Shown: positions 44,161 through 58,619 of the stretch, piece by piece | How the letters are laid out: every line of letters begins with the position of its first letter | How positions within the stretch are numbered: position 1 is the stretch's first letter | The notes under the pieces: model-generated | What the model was told of the DNA's origin: nothing | Databases searched by the model: none | Seen by the model: the letters and a program-made list of their open reading frames with translations, nothing else | Source: the human T2T-CHM13v2.0 reference genome, Homo sapiens | Reading direction: 5' to 3' (one strand) | Assembly: GCF_009914755.1 (NCBI RefSeq) | Contig: NC_060930.1 | Length of the DNA stretch: 64,000 nucleotides | Program-made: the position numbers and the translations under genes

Positions 44161-44451
44161 AGCCAGGCACAGTGGCTCACGCCTGTAATCCCAGCACTTT
44201 GGGAGGCCGAGGTGGGTGGATCACTTGAGGTCAGGAGTTCGAGACCAGCCTGGCCAACATGGTGAAACCCTATCTCTACTAAAAATACAAAAATTAGTTG
44301 GGTGTGGTGGCAGGTGCCTATAATCCCAGCTACTTGGGAGGCTGAGGCAGCAGAATCACTTGAACCTGGGAGGTGGAGGTTTCAGTGAGGCGAGACTGTG
44401 CCATTGCATTCCGGCCTGGGCAATAAGAGCAAAATTCCGTGTCAAAAAAAA
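44161..44451 (+). mobile_element. AluSq/Sx-like
   Basis: Full dimer with short A tail. Confidence 0.93.
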
Positions 44452-46262
44452 GAAAGTCATAGCTTCATTATTTGTTTATTTAAGAAATACTTAAATATAT
44501 CCCAAGAAAAGTTCTAGCTGGCTGATTAGCAGGGAATGACCACAATATTTATGAAAGTTTTCTCTTACCATTTTCAGAAATCTGTTTGAGAATTGTCAGC
44601 ATTTTAGCTTGTCTCAGGATGCCGGCATGAACCACATCTTTGCAGGTGCTCCGCTAGGACCATTTTTTGTAAAGCCAATTAATATACATTTATTTAATGT
44701 CTATCTAACTGTGCTAGGCACTGAGGAGGACAGAAGAGAAGCATTTGACTTAGTTTTGACCTCGAGAACTGATAGAAGATGCCGATTTGAAAGACATTAG
44801 ACAACTAGCCACCCATTTCCAGCATTTTATGGTTTATAAGCATTATTATGATGGGATTCAGTGGAAGAGGATATTAGTGCAGGCAAATGTGAAGGCTTTG
44901 AGCAGAAGACAGGATTTAGGCTGAAGCTGTATTTTATAAGCTTAGATATTTATTTTGATAGGGAAAAGGGGAATCTTTGAAACAGAGTCAGGAGGCTGGG
45001 TGAAAATGGGGAAGAGGGAAAGTAGCCTCTACATCAGCGCAGCTATGTCACTGTCAACATGAGGGCTTAGGAGGCAACCGGCTCTGTTCACTGCTCTCTG
45101 AAGCCAGCCTTGGCTGAATTCTAGCCAGTCAAGCAGACGTCTGACCAATACTTTATATAGCAGCTTGGCAGAAAGAGTACCCCTTCCTCCACCACCATCA
45201 AGTAAAAAATGGTGAGGACAACAAAACTCACACCTAAAAAAATGTTAGGCCATGCTATGATTCACTTGCAAACCAGAATTAATCTGTAAGTCTATGAGGT
45301 GCTGGCCTGGGGGCCTAACGGGCTCGTACTCACACATGAGGGACACCAGGAAATAAGAATTCGCATGGGAGAAGAGAGGAGGACTCAGAGGAAGTAAATG
45401 TACTCAGCTTAGACTGAGTAGGAAGGGGCTTCCCAGGCCCTAGCCGACCCCACTGAGGCTGGCTTCAGGTGGGCAGATTTCACTACTGCTGCCCACCTCA
45501 GCATGCAGAAAAGGTCATTATCAGCACATAAACAAAACACAGTAATCTAAAACACTTTGCTTTCATTGAAATCAAACACAATTAACTTATTATTTTAACT
45601 ACCCAGTAGAGTCCAAGGTGGAATTTTAAAAACCAAGGAAAAGAATATGATAACTTTCAGAGAGTTCAAAGAACAGTCAGGCCATTTTATCAGTACAATT
45701 GTTTTGGAGGTCACTGTTTTCTGAAAGAATTAAAAGTGGAAAGGTCCTCAGGGAGCATCTGTCCACCCTCCTCGTTTTACAGATGAGGGCGCAGAGGCTG
45801 GAGACCGAAGGCACTTGCCTCAGTTACTTAGTCATTTAGAGCAGGGTCAAGGTTGGGACGAGATTGCAAAGAGTCTGGGTGAAGTCCCATGCTCTTTCAA
45901 TTAAATTTGCCAGCTAATTATGAGTATTTAATTAACCTCATAGTTTTTTAAAAGCTTTGATGAAATAAAATTCATATAACGGATAATTCACCCCTGTGAC
46001 GCTTACAGATCAATGGCCTTTACCATATCCACACAGTTGTGCACCCATCAGCAGAAGCAATTTTTAGAACATTCTCATTATCCTAAAAAGAAATTTCACA
46101 CCCCTTAGCTGTCAGTCCCTGATACGCCTATTTGGCTATTTCTGCATCTTCTTGGGAGAAATAGCCGTTCAGAATGCCTCCTAAGTCTTAGGCAACCACT
46201 AATCTGCTTTCTGTCTCCGCAGTTTGCCAGTTCTGGATGTTTCATAGTATGAAGTCATATAA

Positions 46263-46532
<270 letters not shown>

Positions 46533-46907
46533 TAATATTCCATTGTATGGACATACCACATTTTATTTATCCTTTCATCAGTTGATGGACATTTGGGTTC
46601 TTTGTGCTTTTTTGCTATGATGAATAATGCTGCTATGCACATTTGTGTACAAGTTTTTGTGTAAACATGTGTTGTCATGTCTTTTGGGTATATACCTGGG
46701 AGGTGAATTACTGGCATCTATGGTAACTCTGTGTTTAATCATTCAAGGAACTGCCAGACTGGTTGACTGCAGAATGGTTTCCAAAGCAGCTGCAGCATTC
46801 TGCATTCCCATCAGCAGCATATTAGAGTTCTGATGTCTCCACATTCTCACCAACACTTGTTATTATCTGTCTTCTCTGTTAGAGTTATTTTAGTGGGTGT
46901 GAAGTGG

Positions 46908-47670
46908 TGACAGACAGGACTAGCCAGATTTCTTAGGCCGACTAAGAATTCCACAGCCTAGCTGGGAAAGGTGACCGCACCTACATTTAAACACTGGGCC
47001 TGTAACTCAACTCACACCCAACCAATTAGGTAGTAAAGAGGGCTCACTAAAATATAAATTAGGCTAAAGCAGGAGGATAAAGAAATAGTCAAATCATATA
47101 TCGCCTGAGAGCACAGGGGGAGGGACAATGATCGGGATATAAACCCAGGCATTCGGGCAGGGAGCAGCAACCCCCTTTGGGTCCCTTCCTATTGTATGGG
47201 AGCTCTGTTTTCACTCTATTAAATCTTGCAACTGCACACTCTTCTGGTCCATGTTTGTTATGGCTCGAGCTGAGCTTTCGTTCGCGGTCCACTACTGCCG
47301 TTTGCCGCCGTCACAGACCCGCCTCTGACTTCCACCCCTCTGGATCCGTCAGGTTGTCCACTGTGCTTCTGATCCAGCGAGACGCCCATTGCCGCTCCCA
47401 ATCGGGCTGGAGGCTCGCTATTGTTCCTGCATGGCTAAGAGCCCAGGGTTCGTCCTAATCGAGCTGAACGCTAGTTGCTGGGTTCCAGGGTTCTCTTCTG
47501 TGACTCACGGCTTCTAGTAGAGCTATAACACTCACCGCATGGCCCAAGCTTCCATTCCTTGGAATCCGTGAGGCCAAGAACCCCAGGTCAGAGAATAAGA
47601 GGCTTGCCCCCGTCTTGAGAGTGGCCCGCCATATCTTGGGAGCTCTAAGAACAAAGACCCGCACGTAACA
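46908..47670 (+). mobile_element. LTR17 (HERV-W) solo LTR, full length
   Basis: tgacagacaggactag...ggccgactaagaat...gatcgggatataaacccaggcattcg...ctattaaatcttgcaactgca...gtaaca; TG...CA ends; 4-bp TSD gtgg. Confidence 0.93.
47138..47223 (+). promoter_or_regulatory. LTR17 TATA box (47138-47143) and ATTAAA poly(A) signal (47218-47223)
   Basis: Motifs lie at the expected U3/R positions of the HERV-W LTR. Confidence 0.7.
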
Positions 47671-49464
47671 GTGGTATCCTATTGTGGTTTTGATTGATCC
47701 TTGGGGGCTAATGACACCCAACATCTTTTCATGTGCTTGCTGGCTACTTGTATGTCTTCTTTGGTAAAATGTCTGTTCAGCTTCTTGCCTGCTTTCAACT
47801 GGGTTATTTGTCTTGAGTTGTCATAGTTCCCTATATATTCTAGATACAAGTCCCTTATTAAATGTATGATTTGTGAAACTTTTCTTCCACTCTATGGGCT
47901 TTTTCACTTTCTTGATGGTGTCTTTAAATCATATATGTTTTTAATTTTGATAACCTCGTAGGACTTTAAACGGTGAATTATTTTTTCTTTGCCTTTGGGT
48001 CATTAACAAATAGACATTAATAAACGTGGTGATAAAAATGTTTGCTAAGGAATACATGGTGAAGTGATCTGTAAGAGGGAATTCCAGATTAATATAAAAG
48101 GCAAAATGAATGGATAGAAACTGTAGCATTAGACGAAACAGCAGGAAGTAGGGTATGGTGGGAGAAGATGTGGTGTGGAGAAGGGCAGTCCTATATATGC
48201 AGGAATCACTCCAGTTGCCGAATACCAAAAGGCCCCTCTTCAGTGTCATTGTCAGAAGGAAATATCCTTGAGGGACAGAACTCACGTAATTAAGGACAAC
48301 CACAAGGAGATTATAGTTTATAATTTTCTGCATGTTCTTAGAATAAACAGACCCCCCATAGCAATAACTACTTATTAATGAAGTCAGGTGTGCATGCTCA
48401 TTCCTAGCCTGGTTAGTCTATGGCATGCACATAACACAGAATTTTTGATGGATGAATATTTATTTATGCATGTGTAGCACGGATATTACACTTGCAGATG
48501 AAGCCAGAGTTCCAGGTTGCTATCATCATTGTATGAATAGAATGGAGTTGTTTTTCCTTATTATTTTCCTTGTCTTTCTCCCTTCACCTCCCCCAACCTT
48601 GCCACTTCCCATCTAAACACAGGAATATACTAATCAGGGAAATATGCACTGCTGTTTAGCAAAGGGGTCAAACCCATTTGGATGGAATTCCAGGCTCAGC
48701 AGGCTAACAATGGCAGGAAACTGGGCCCTCAAGCCGGCTGCACCGGGGGGCTGTTGAGCGATAGCTTGTTGAAAGAGGCGGCCCTGGGGTATGCTACTTT
48801 GGCTTGCTTTATGTTTGGAATGCTGCGATTGTTCCAGACACAATGAGGGATCTGTCTGTCCACACAGGAGCAGTTATAATTACAGGAACAGAAGCTAAAT
48901 TACTGCTCTTAATTGCAAATGATTCCATTGCAGCCTGTATACAACTCTACTAATTTGTCCTCTGGGCTTTATGGGGGCAGGCAGGATTTTTAATTTAATG
49001 TCTTTGGTGATTATGCTTTATGTCCACTTCAAATTGTAATGCCCTGCCGGTGAGGCCAGGGTCCCTTCTGCTTCAAGTTCATACCCTTCTGTACTACCTG
49101 TCTTGTTGATTTTGATGATTCAGGCCAGTACATGATGTTGCCTCTGCTGAGAAGACAGGGTGTTCAAAGTGCATCTGACTCTGGTGTCCTAAAACCTTGC
49201 TTTGTTGCTGCCTTTAAGGGGCAATCATAACATCCTGTAGAGAGGTCTTCTTGTGTATGTGACTTAGGAAACACTTCCTACTTAGGAAAGAAGGTTGACA
49301 TCTGGCCTGGCATTGTGTTCTGGAAAAGGCAGCTGCAACAGATGTGAGTTTATAGCAAACATCATCAATAAGTGGATGCTCTTTTATTGTGGAGTAGGAT
49401 CTCTGTCCCTTTGTCTGTTAGGAAGTGCTTTGGGAAGATTCACCACCCTTGATAATTTAAACAT

Positions 49465-50150
49465 CATTCCTTCATTCATTCATTCATTCAGCAACTGTTA
49501 TTTGAAGGTCTACTATGTGCCAGTATTAGGAGTGGGATGAAGAGTAGAGTAAGAGAAGGCCTACGCTATGAGCTTACAGTCTCTGTAGGGATCCAAACAC
49601 ATAAATGAGTAAGGCAGTGTGATAGTGTCATGGCAGAATTTTACACGTTTCATGGCCTGCAGATAAGAAGTGAAGAATATTCCCAGAAGCAGCCACAAAC
49701 CTTTCCTTCCAGAACATTGTCCAGAACTGAAACATGGACCAATATTAAAACAGTCACTGGTAAGTGGATAGGCTAACTCTTCGATCAATCAGGCCTGCCC
49801 AAGGAAAAGGGAGAAGAGACAGCTTTCCTAGAAGCATAGGGCAAAGGTGGGAGATTTAGGTGTCTGAACGAAATCCAGTCTCTGTTTAAAGAAGAAGACA
49901 GAATGATGCTGAGAGACACCCAATAATATCCACCACCTCAGACAGACATGTCAGAGAGCTCACTCTGGCAGCAATGTAGGGATTGGGGATGATGGGGCAG
50001 ATTGAAGGCAGGGACATAGTTGGGAGGTGCTGTGGGATTCAGGGAGGGGGCTGAGAGCTGGAACTGAGGCAGAGATACGTGCCAAAGAGAGGAGGGATCA
50101 GTTCTGAGAGCTGCAAGGAAGAAGAATTTATAACAGTGATTCTTAAGCAC
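49465..50150 (-). mobile_element. L2 fragments, with a probable old MLT1 piece between them
   Basis: (CATT)n then ttatttgaaggtctactatgtgccag, typical of an antisense L2 3' end. Confidence 0.55.
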
Positions 50151-50248
50151 TGGGGGAACGTTGGCCCCAAATAATCTGATGCTAGCAGTTTTACATTAAA
50201 TGTCAAGCTTGCCAACTTGATCCATTAGCATCAGTGTGACCTCCATGA

Positions 50249-51105
<857 letters not shown>

Positions 51106-51612
51106 TGAGAAGCAGCATTGATCAGGCACTGGCTACCTATATCACCCACTGCTTCTATAAGTACTCGGCTCAGCCCTCATAGTGATGCTCTGATGCCCAT
51201 CAAGCAGATGGGGAAACTGAGGCATTTATGCAGTTCAATGTCATACCCCTGGAAAACAGCAGCTATGGGATTCCAGCTTGGGTTTGTGTGAGTCGTAACA
51301 TGACTCTGTCTTCCACCGGTGCTGCCATATTTGGTCCACACGTGAATTGCTGTGATTACCAGCTTTTTTCTTTCCTGGAGACCTTTGGTGGCCTCTATTT
51401 ATGCAGCTGAAGGAGACACTTACGACCTCATTCCTGACAGTTTTGGGAGCTGACAGCAGAACATTCAAAGAATGACATCAAGTGGCTTTCCTCAAGGTCA
51501 TTTCCTGCTAGTGATCTCTGCAAAGATCACATTCTTTAAGGATGTGTGGGGGTCAGAAACAGACCCTATTCTGTCAGGCGAGAGATGCCTGGAGCAGCTG
51601 TAATGGGCAGAC

Positions 51613-51632
51613 GTGTGTGTGTGTGTGTCTGT

Positions 51633-51666
<34 letters not shown>
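51613..51666. repeat. Interrupted (TG)n microsatellite
   Basis: Direct reading. Confidence 0.92.
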
Positions 51667-51668
<2 letters not shown>

Positions 51669-52286
51669 ATCCTCTGTGACATGCTTTGCTGGTGAATACA
51701 ACCCCTCCTCCCCCGGCCACACTTCGCTAAAAACAAACCAGGTCTGCTGGGGTGCATGACTCATGCTTGAACCGGAGTCTTCACCCTGAGACAATAATTC
51801 TCATTTTAAAAGCAAATGCTGAAGTCAACAGCTGCTGGGGTGACTTTGCCTATCTTAATTTGGCTTGTTAGAGACAGCACCTCCTTAGCTGCTTGAAGGA
51901 GAACTTAAGTGGACCTTCCATGACTCTGTTCCTTTTCCTATCCAGGGCTCACATAAGAGTTGTCTGCAGCTGGAGACATGAAACAGTGATAGGATTTGGA
52001 GTCAGGGTGTCCTGATTTCATGTGTGTGTTCTGCCCTTTTATTACCACACGGTGGTGGGCAATTTACCCACCTGAGCATGAGGTGCCTCACCTGTGGAAT
52101 GGATAGAACCCTGCTGTATTGGAGAATGTTCACCCATTCAAGATAACGCATGTGAAGCACCTGCCATACAGTAGATGCTCAATCACGTGGATGTTAGCAT
52201 TGACTTTGTTGCATGTTCTCTGCTTAGCTATCATTTCTATCTTCCTCCTTTATTTTGCATTAATTTATTTCTGTAAAGGAGGAAGC

Positions 52287-52571
52287 TGCTGGGCACAGTG
52301 GCTCACACCTGAAGTCACCACTTTGAGAGGCCAAGGCGGGAGGATCACCTGAGGTCAGGGGTTCAAGACCATCCTGGGGAAAATAGTGAGACTACCGTCT
52401 CTAAAGAAACATTTTAACAAATTAGCCAGGCATGGAGGTGTGCTCCTTGTAGTCCCAGCTACTCGGGAGGCTGAGGCAAAAGGCTCACTTGAGCCCAGGA
52501 TTTCAAGTTACGATTGTGTCACTGCACTCCAACCTGGGTAACAGAACAAGACCCTCTCTCAAAAAAATTTT
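52287..52571 (+). mobile_element. AluJ
   Basis: Diverged dimer; TSD taaaggaggaag at 52274 and 52572. Confidence 0.9.
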
Positions 52572-53773
52572 TAAAGGAGGAAGTCATCAGTTATGTATAT
52601 CACACAGATTCACTGGTGACTTTGCCACCTTTTCCATCCCTTTGAAGTTCTGCATCGCCGGTGGGAGGACGTTGGTCAGAGCAAGCAGAGTGTGGAGGCA
52701 GAAGCAGAGAGCGGAGGACCTCAACTCTCTCTCTCCCTGGGCTCTGCTCTAACTTGATAAGGGCCCACGGGAACATCACCTAAACTCTTGGGGGCCTGTG
52801 TTCATTTGTCTGTAAAAAGAGGGGCTTAAATTAAATGATCATTGAACCCTCCAAGCTCTTGCTGGGCTGTTTCTGGGGGCTCTTCTCTCTGGAGTATTGA
52901 TTTGAATTTTGGTGCTGAGCCAGCCAGTGCACGAAATACTACCACTTTGCTCAGTCTCGTAGATGTTTTTCTGTATTTCCTATGTTCAGCATAAAGGGGG
53001 CCAGCCCACTACTGCCTTTAACATGAATTGCCCTTCGGAGTATGGAGCACGAGGCGAGCAGCGCTTGTCTCCGCTAATAGACCTACACATTTCCAGGAGA
53101 ATTTTTTTTTTCTCCTTGCTACTCACAACACATCACTTGTTTATGTGAGGGTTTTTACACACAGCTGATTTATAAGGGATTAGATTTCTCTAAAACATAA
53201 TCTGCGTTGGTTCTATTGGCCAGTTAAAATTGGTATCCCAGCACAGCTTGTTAAGACATTACATATCATTCCTCTTGTTTTTCTCACACTCAGGAATGAT
53301 AGGTTAAGAAATATGATTCTAGTTCATAAAAGCCTGAGAGGGACTAACTGGGCTCTATTTATGTTTTATCCAAGAATGTGGAATTTGAAGCTTTTCTCAA
53401 AGTGAAAGTTGACCCACTGGACCCGTGTGCTTGGGCCAAATATGAGTATGAGAAACATTCTCAAACCTTTTTGGAATCCTAGGCCAGTAGACACTGAAGG
53501 GGCCTAAAGGATTTCTGGGCAATTCCTTCTCCTTCTCTCATGCCACAATAATTATTTGCACTTCTTGCCCTTCTTTTAGCTCAAAAGTGAACTCTGCATG
53601 AAGCATATTACCTTAGAGAAAATGTTCACTTAAAGAAAGCCACCTGTTCAGGAAAACAAATTGTCCCCAAGAGGCGTGGTGGAACGCAGGTGGGGAATTT
53701 TGTCTTCAATAAGGAGAAATTTAAATTCTCTATATTCTTAGAAATTTACCAAATTGGTTGCACTAGGGTTTTT

Positions 53774-53899
53774 TTTTTTTTTTTTTTTTTGAGACGGAGT
53801 CTCGCTTTGTCACCCAGGCTGGAGTGCAGTGGCGTGATCTTGGCTCACTGCAAGCTCCGCCTCCCGGGTTCATGCCACTCTGCCTCAGCCTCCCGAGTA
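53774..53899 (-). mobile_element. Short 5'-truncated AluY fragment
   Basis: caagctccgcctcccgggttcatgcc; TSD gcac(t/c)agggttttt at 53760 and 53900. Confidence 0.9.
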
Positions 53900-53974
53900 G
53901 CACCAGGGTTTTTAATATCCAGTTCAACCGGGAGACATTTGTACTCTGCGAAGGCTGAGGCGTCTGTGTAAATT

Positions 53975-53993
53975 TGGCCACCAGGTGGCACCA
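53975..53993 (+). promoter_or_regulatory. Putative CTCF binding site
   Basis: tggccaccaggtggcacca matches the CTCF core CCASYAGRKGGCR. Confidence 0.65.
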
Positions 53994-54689
53994 AATGTTT
54001 TCATTAGAAAAATTGCTGAGGGAAAGCCTGGTCCGCATTCTCTCTCCTAGTTAAAAGGGAAAAAAAAGAAAAAGAAAAAGAAAACCCTTTAAAGTGAGTG
54101 TTGTCGGTTCATTCACCCAAATTCAGGAAGCATGTGCCTTTCTTATTTGCTAGCGCTTTGGCAGTACACTGTGGCAGTTCAGGGTGAGTTATTTCCTTGA
54201 AGTTTGTTAAAAGGGAAACATGGATGAAATTCAAGACTTGAAACAAAGCTTTATTGGAGCTTTGCAGGACAATTAAAATCCAGTCTCTCAGCCAACAAAC
54301 GGTTCCATCAACCCCCTTCTAGGCCTAGCAGGACACAGGATGCCCAAACAAAAGGCAGAACGGGGAGGCATGGCTGGGTTTTTCCTTTTATCATTTGCTG
54401 CACAATCTTATTCTTTCAGATCCCAAACCAGCTTTTATGGTCTGGTTAAAATTTTGTTCTGTTTAGAAAAGAGGGTATCCTAAAGCAATCTAACTGAGCA
54501 GGGGTTGTTGCAGAGGGACACCCGCCTGCTTTCAGATGTGAGTGCTGCTGGGGATGATGTCTTTCTGCCCCTGCTCATGGTCTCCAGAAGAAAGTGCTGG
54601 CACGCTAAAGATAGGAAAAACATTGGCCAATTTATTGCTAAATTTCAATTCTTAAGAAGTGTTTTTTTTTTTGAAGTAAAAGAGGTGTG

Positions 54690-55200
54690 CATTCATTTAT
54701 TTATTCATTCATCCATTCATTTGATGAATATTTATTGAGTGTTCACTGTGCCAGGCATCGTATTTAGAAGCCAGGGGAAGAGTGGTAACCAAAACTACGT
54801 TCCAGCTTTGGGCTGCTTCTAGTCTAGAGGAAGAAGCAGATACTCGTCAAGCCACTCGCATGAATGTGCATCAACAAGCTGCGGGAGGTGCTTTAAAGGC
54901 AAAGATTGCTGTCCCTGGATGTTGTGGAGCTAATGAAGTTGACCTAGATTCGTGGAGTGATGGGAATAGGCAGTGTTCCCTAACGAGGGACCCTGGAGCT
55001 GAGATTTGAAGGATGAGGAGGAAGTAATTAGGCAAAGGGATGGGAAGAGGTGAGGAAGATTTAGGCCAGGGAATTGCAAATTCAAAGGCCATGGGAGGAG
55101 AGGGAGAATGACAAGTTTGAGTTCAGCGTTTGAGATGCAAGTGTGGAGGGAACTCAGTAAGCGAAGCAGGAATGGATGCAGTTACAGGAGTAAAAGCTCA
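54690..55200 (-). mobile_element. L2 3' region
   Basis: attcattcatccattc...atatttattgagtgttcactgtgccaggca...gagctgagatttgaaggatgag. Confidence 0.75.
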
Positions 55201-55267
55201 CCATGAGTTCTCCACTTTCCTCTGTGTTTGGTATACTTTTCCTCTGCCAAATGGGAGAAGAAAGGTC

Positions 55268-55268
<1 letters not shown>

Positions 55269-55300
<32 letters not shown>
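55269..55300. repeat. (AC)16 microsatellite
   Basis: Direct reading. Confidence 0.95.
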
Positions 55301-55302
<2 letters not shown>

Positions 55303-56769
55303 CAAAACTCTATCAATTACCAGATCTCTACTAGTCGCCTGCTTTGATAGGTGGTCTGTGGTATGGTTGGCTTGGAGCCAGTGTCCAAATATTTGAGAAA
55401 AGTTTGGGCATTTTTCCCCCAGTACAGTAACCTGTTTAAATGGACACAAGTACCACTGGGGAAGGCTGAGAGGAAAAGTCACAGAACATACTTGGCAATT
55501 TTAGCAGAAAGTGCTGCCTTAAGCATCCCTATTTTCCCTTTAGTGAGGGGATGTGGGTCTGGGAACTGACTCGGTCTTAGACACGACCCCAAGTTTCTGA
55601 TGTAATAGCAGCCCCCATTCACCAGACCTGGAGTTTTTTCAGTTACACGCCAAGTTAGGCCGGAAATCCTGCGATCAACTGGCCACACCCTAAGATCCCT
55701 GCAGTTCAGTTCATTCTGGTAAGCCCTAATGTCTTGTAAGATGACTATACCCATTTCTATCTTACTATTCTAGTGTACCTATTTGTCCTTTTCCACCCGG
55801 GCCCTTCCCACATGCTTGGTATCAAGCAGTCCTTTTGGATGGTAGCATCTTCCACCACTATTCCCAACTCACAGAGAAGAGCCTCTACACTCTTTTCAAA
55901 GATGCCGGTGTTTGCCTTACCAGTGTCTATCCCAGGCTTTGATGACGGGATTGCCTATAAGGCTACAGCCACATTCCTCTCTTGACACCTATGAGTTCTT
56001 TTGTTATATTGAACCTTACAGTTTCTAGCTTCTCAACTTTCCCTAGACTGTACTTCCAATGGAGCCCTGGACTTCTTGGGCCAGCAAGTAAACTATCAGA
56101 ACCACTCTCAGCTGCCCCAGCTAACACCACTAGATCCAGAATCGTGGGTGAGTGCACAGTGCACCCACATTTACCCTGATCAAAGTGATGTTCCTTCCTC
56201 TTGACCAATAGCCTTCAGGATGCCTTTCCTCACATATTCCCACATCTTTGCCAATATAATTAAGTCCTGTAAGTCTTTTGGTGGTTGAATTCCCTTCTCC
56301 CCTAGTAAGTGCTGGGGTCTGACTTTAGTTACAAGTCTGGGGATGTGGAAGATGAGTGTGTAAAGGTGAGGGGTGGGGGTAGGGATAGAGCATTAAGTGA
56401 GTCTGTCCCTCTGCCAAGGTAACTGATGGCCACTGAGAGAAGTTAACAGTGTCTTCAGGCCAGACATGAAGAGCCTAACCAGGGAACGCAGAGGAGGAGG
56501 GAGCTCAGGGTGGGTTGTGGGTTGGGGAAATTGAAGGTCTCCAAATCCTGCTCTATATTCCCATTCCATTTGTCTCTTTTCTAATCAATGTCCTTACATA
56601 TACAAAAGAAACATAATGAAGATTTGAGTACAACTGATAATGTAATTTGGCAAACACAGAACAAACTTTGCCTTTGCTTTCCAGCTACCTCAGCCCATTC
56701 TTTTGGCATTGTCAGAGAAATCTCTGGTTAAAGAAAGTCCGTGCCTTGTGCTTTTCATGTGTCTTTCAA

Positions 56770-57360
56770 TGCCAGTGCCCCACAGGACCACATCTCTTGG
56801 ACCGTTTTCATTTTGGTGCACGCACCCAGACTCCCAACTGCCTGCGTTCACATCTCTACCTGAAGACTCTCTGGCTTCCAGAGGTTACTCTGACCATGTG
56901 AGGCAGACAAGAAGGGCAGGGAACAGCCCCTTTTGGGAACAGTGCTCAGCTGATGACTGGTGGGAATTGGTGCAGAAACACCCCAGCTGCCTTGTCCTTT
57001 GGATGGGGTGGTTCTTTTCTTTCTTTCTTTTTTTCTTCCTGAGATGGTGTCTCGTTCTGTTGCCCAGGCTGGAGTGCAGTGGCGTGATCTTGGCTCACTG
57101 CTACCTCTGTCTCCTGGGTTCAAATGATTCTCCTGCCTCAGCCTCCAAGTAACTGGGATTGCAGGTACAAACCACCACGCCTGGCTAATTTTTAGTAAAG
57201 ACAGGGTTTCACCATGTTGGCCAGGCTGCTATCGAACTCCTGACTTAAAGTGATCCACCTGCCTCAGCCTCCCAAAGTACTGGGATTACAGGCATGAGCC
57301 ACTGCGCTGGGCCTTAGGTAGGGTAGTTCTGAGATGCATATTTTACTCTTTTCCCTGGAG
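56770..57360 (+). mobile_element. LTR16-like ERVL LTR interrupted by Alu
   Basis: ctcagctgatgactggtgggaattggtgcagaaacaccccagctgcc...gttctgagatgcat. Confidence 0.5.
57015..57314 (-). mobile_element. AluS
   Basis: Full antisense dimer ending cactgcgctgggcc; degenerate TSD ending gttct. Confidence 0.92.
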
Positions 57361-58619
57361 TGCGTGCGTGTAGCTGAGCTCACAAAGTAGGGGAATTTTC
57401 TCTCAAACTCTGAAGAATGTCCAAGTGGAAGGCAAATCCCAAATTATAACTGGTCATCTTTGAACAATCGTGGACCTTGAGGGGTTTGAGGGCTCTAGAT
57501 TTGGGACAACTGGTACTACCTCTTCCAAAAAGTAAAATTTACTCAGAAGTGCTTGTAGGGAGGCATCAGATATGGTCTTGAGTTGTAAAAGTTCGCCAAA
57601 CCTTGTACAAATTATGAATCAGAGCAGCTTTTAAAGTAGAAGAGGCTCAGTATAATTGGGTGTTCTTAAGTGAAAAATGTGAGATAAGAAAGCTGTCCTT
57701 TTTGATGTCCCTTTGAATTCAGAATTTTAAGCGGATGCACATACAAATGTTTGGAATTGAGACTTAGAATTTCTAATTCTCCAGCTAGGTGCTCCCCATG
57801 GCATGGTGGAAAGATCACACTAGGAAGATGTCAGCATTGCCACTGGCCAGTGGTGGGATCTCAAGCAAGTCCTTCATGTCTCTTACCTGTATGAGAAGAG
57901 TGTGGAATTAAGTAATTTTAGGGTTTTCCTACCTCTACCATTTTATATATCAAGGGATATAGGAAGAAAGAATGTAAGAAAGAAAGGAAGGGAGGATGGA
58001 ATGAAAGATTTCTTTTGGGTTTCCCATGTATCATGGCCTTTTAATTCCTCTAACAATACCAAAGGGAAGACATTATTATTTTCATTGCATGGTGAGGAAG
58101 TGGAAGTTCAGAGAGGTTAAGTCTCTTGCCCAAGTCTACCCAGCAACTGAACATCACTCAAACCCATATCTGTCTGGCTCTGAAAGTCATGTACTTTCCA
58201 CAAAACAACACTGTTCCATGCTTTAGGGGAAATGAGAGTCAGCAACGATATGCTTGGGTGTTTTTCCTTCCCCTGGCCTTGGGGACCCTCTCTTGGCTGC
58301 CTGGGCATTTTTCATGTTGCTCAAGTCCGAGGCTACCTCATTCCAGCAGGCATGCCATTGTCAGTGGCCTACATTGACCCTCTTTCTTCCAATAGTTCCA
58401 GCTTTTCTTGCTGTTGCTGAAATGTGCAGTCAGGAGATTGTGGAGTACACTGAATGTACTACCCAGGCTCTCAGGACCGAGTGCTGAGAGTTTGCTAATC
58501 TGGTAAATATATACAGGAGAAGAGTAAGGCACCAGAACATCTTACTGCCTTGACACTGTGCAGAGAAATAGATGCCCAAAGATGTAAGGCTTTAATCCAA
58601 TAGCCTTAAAGCATACATT

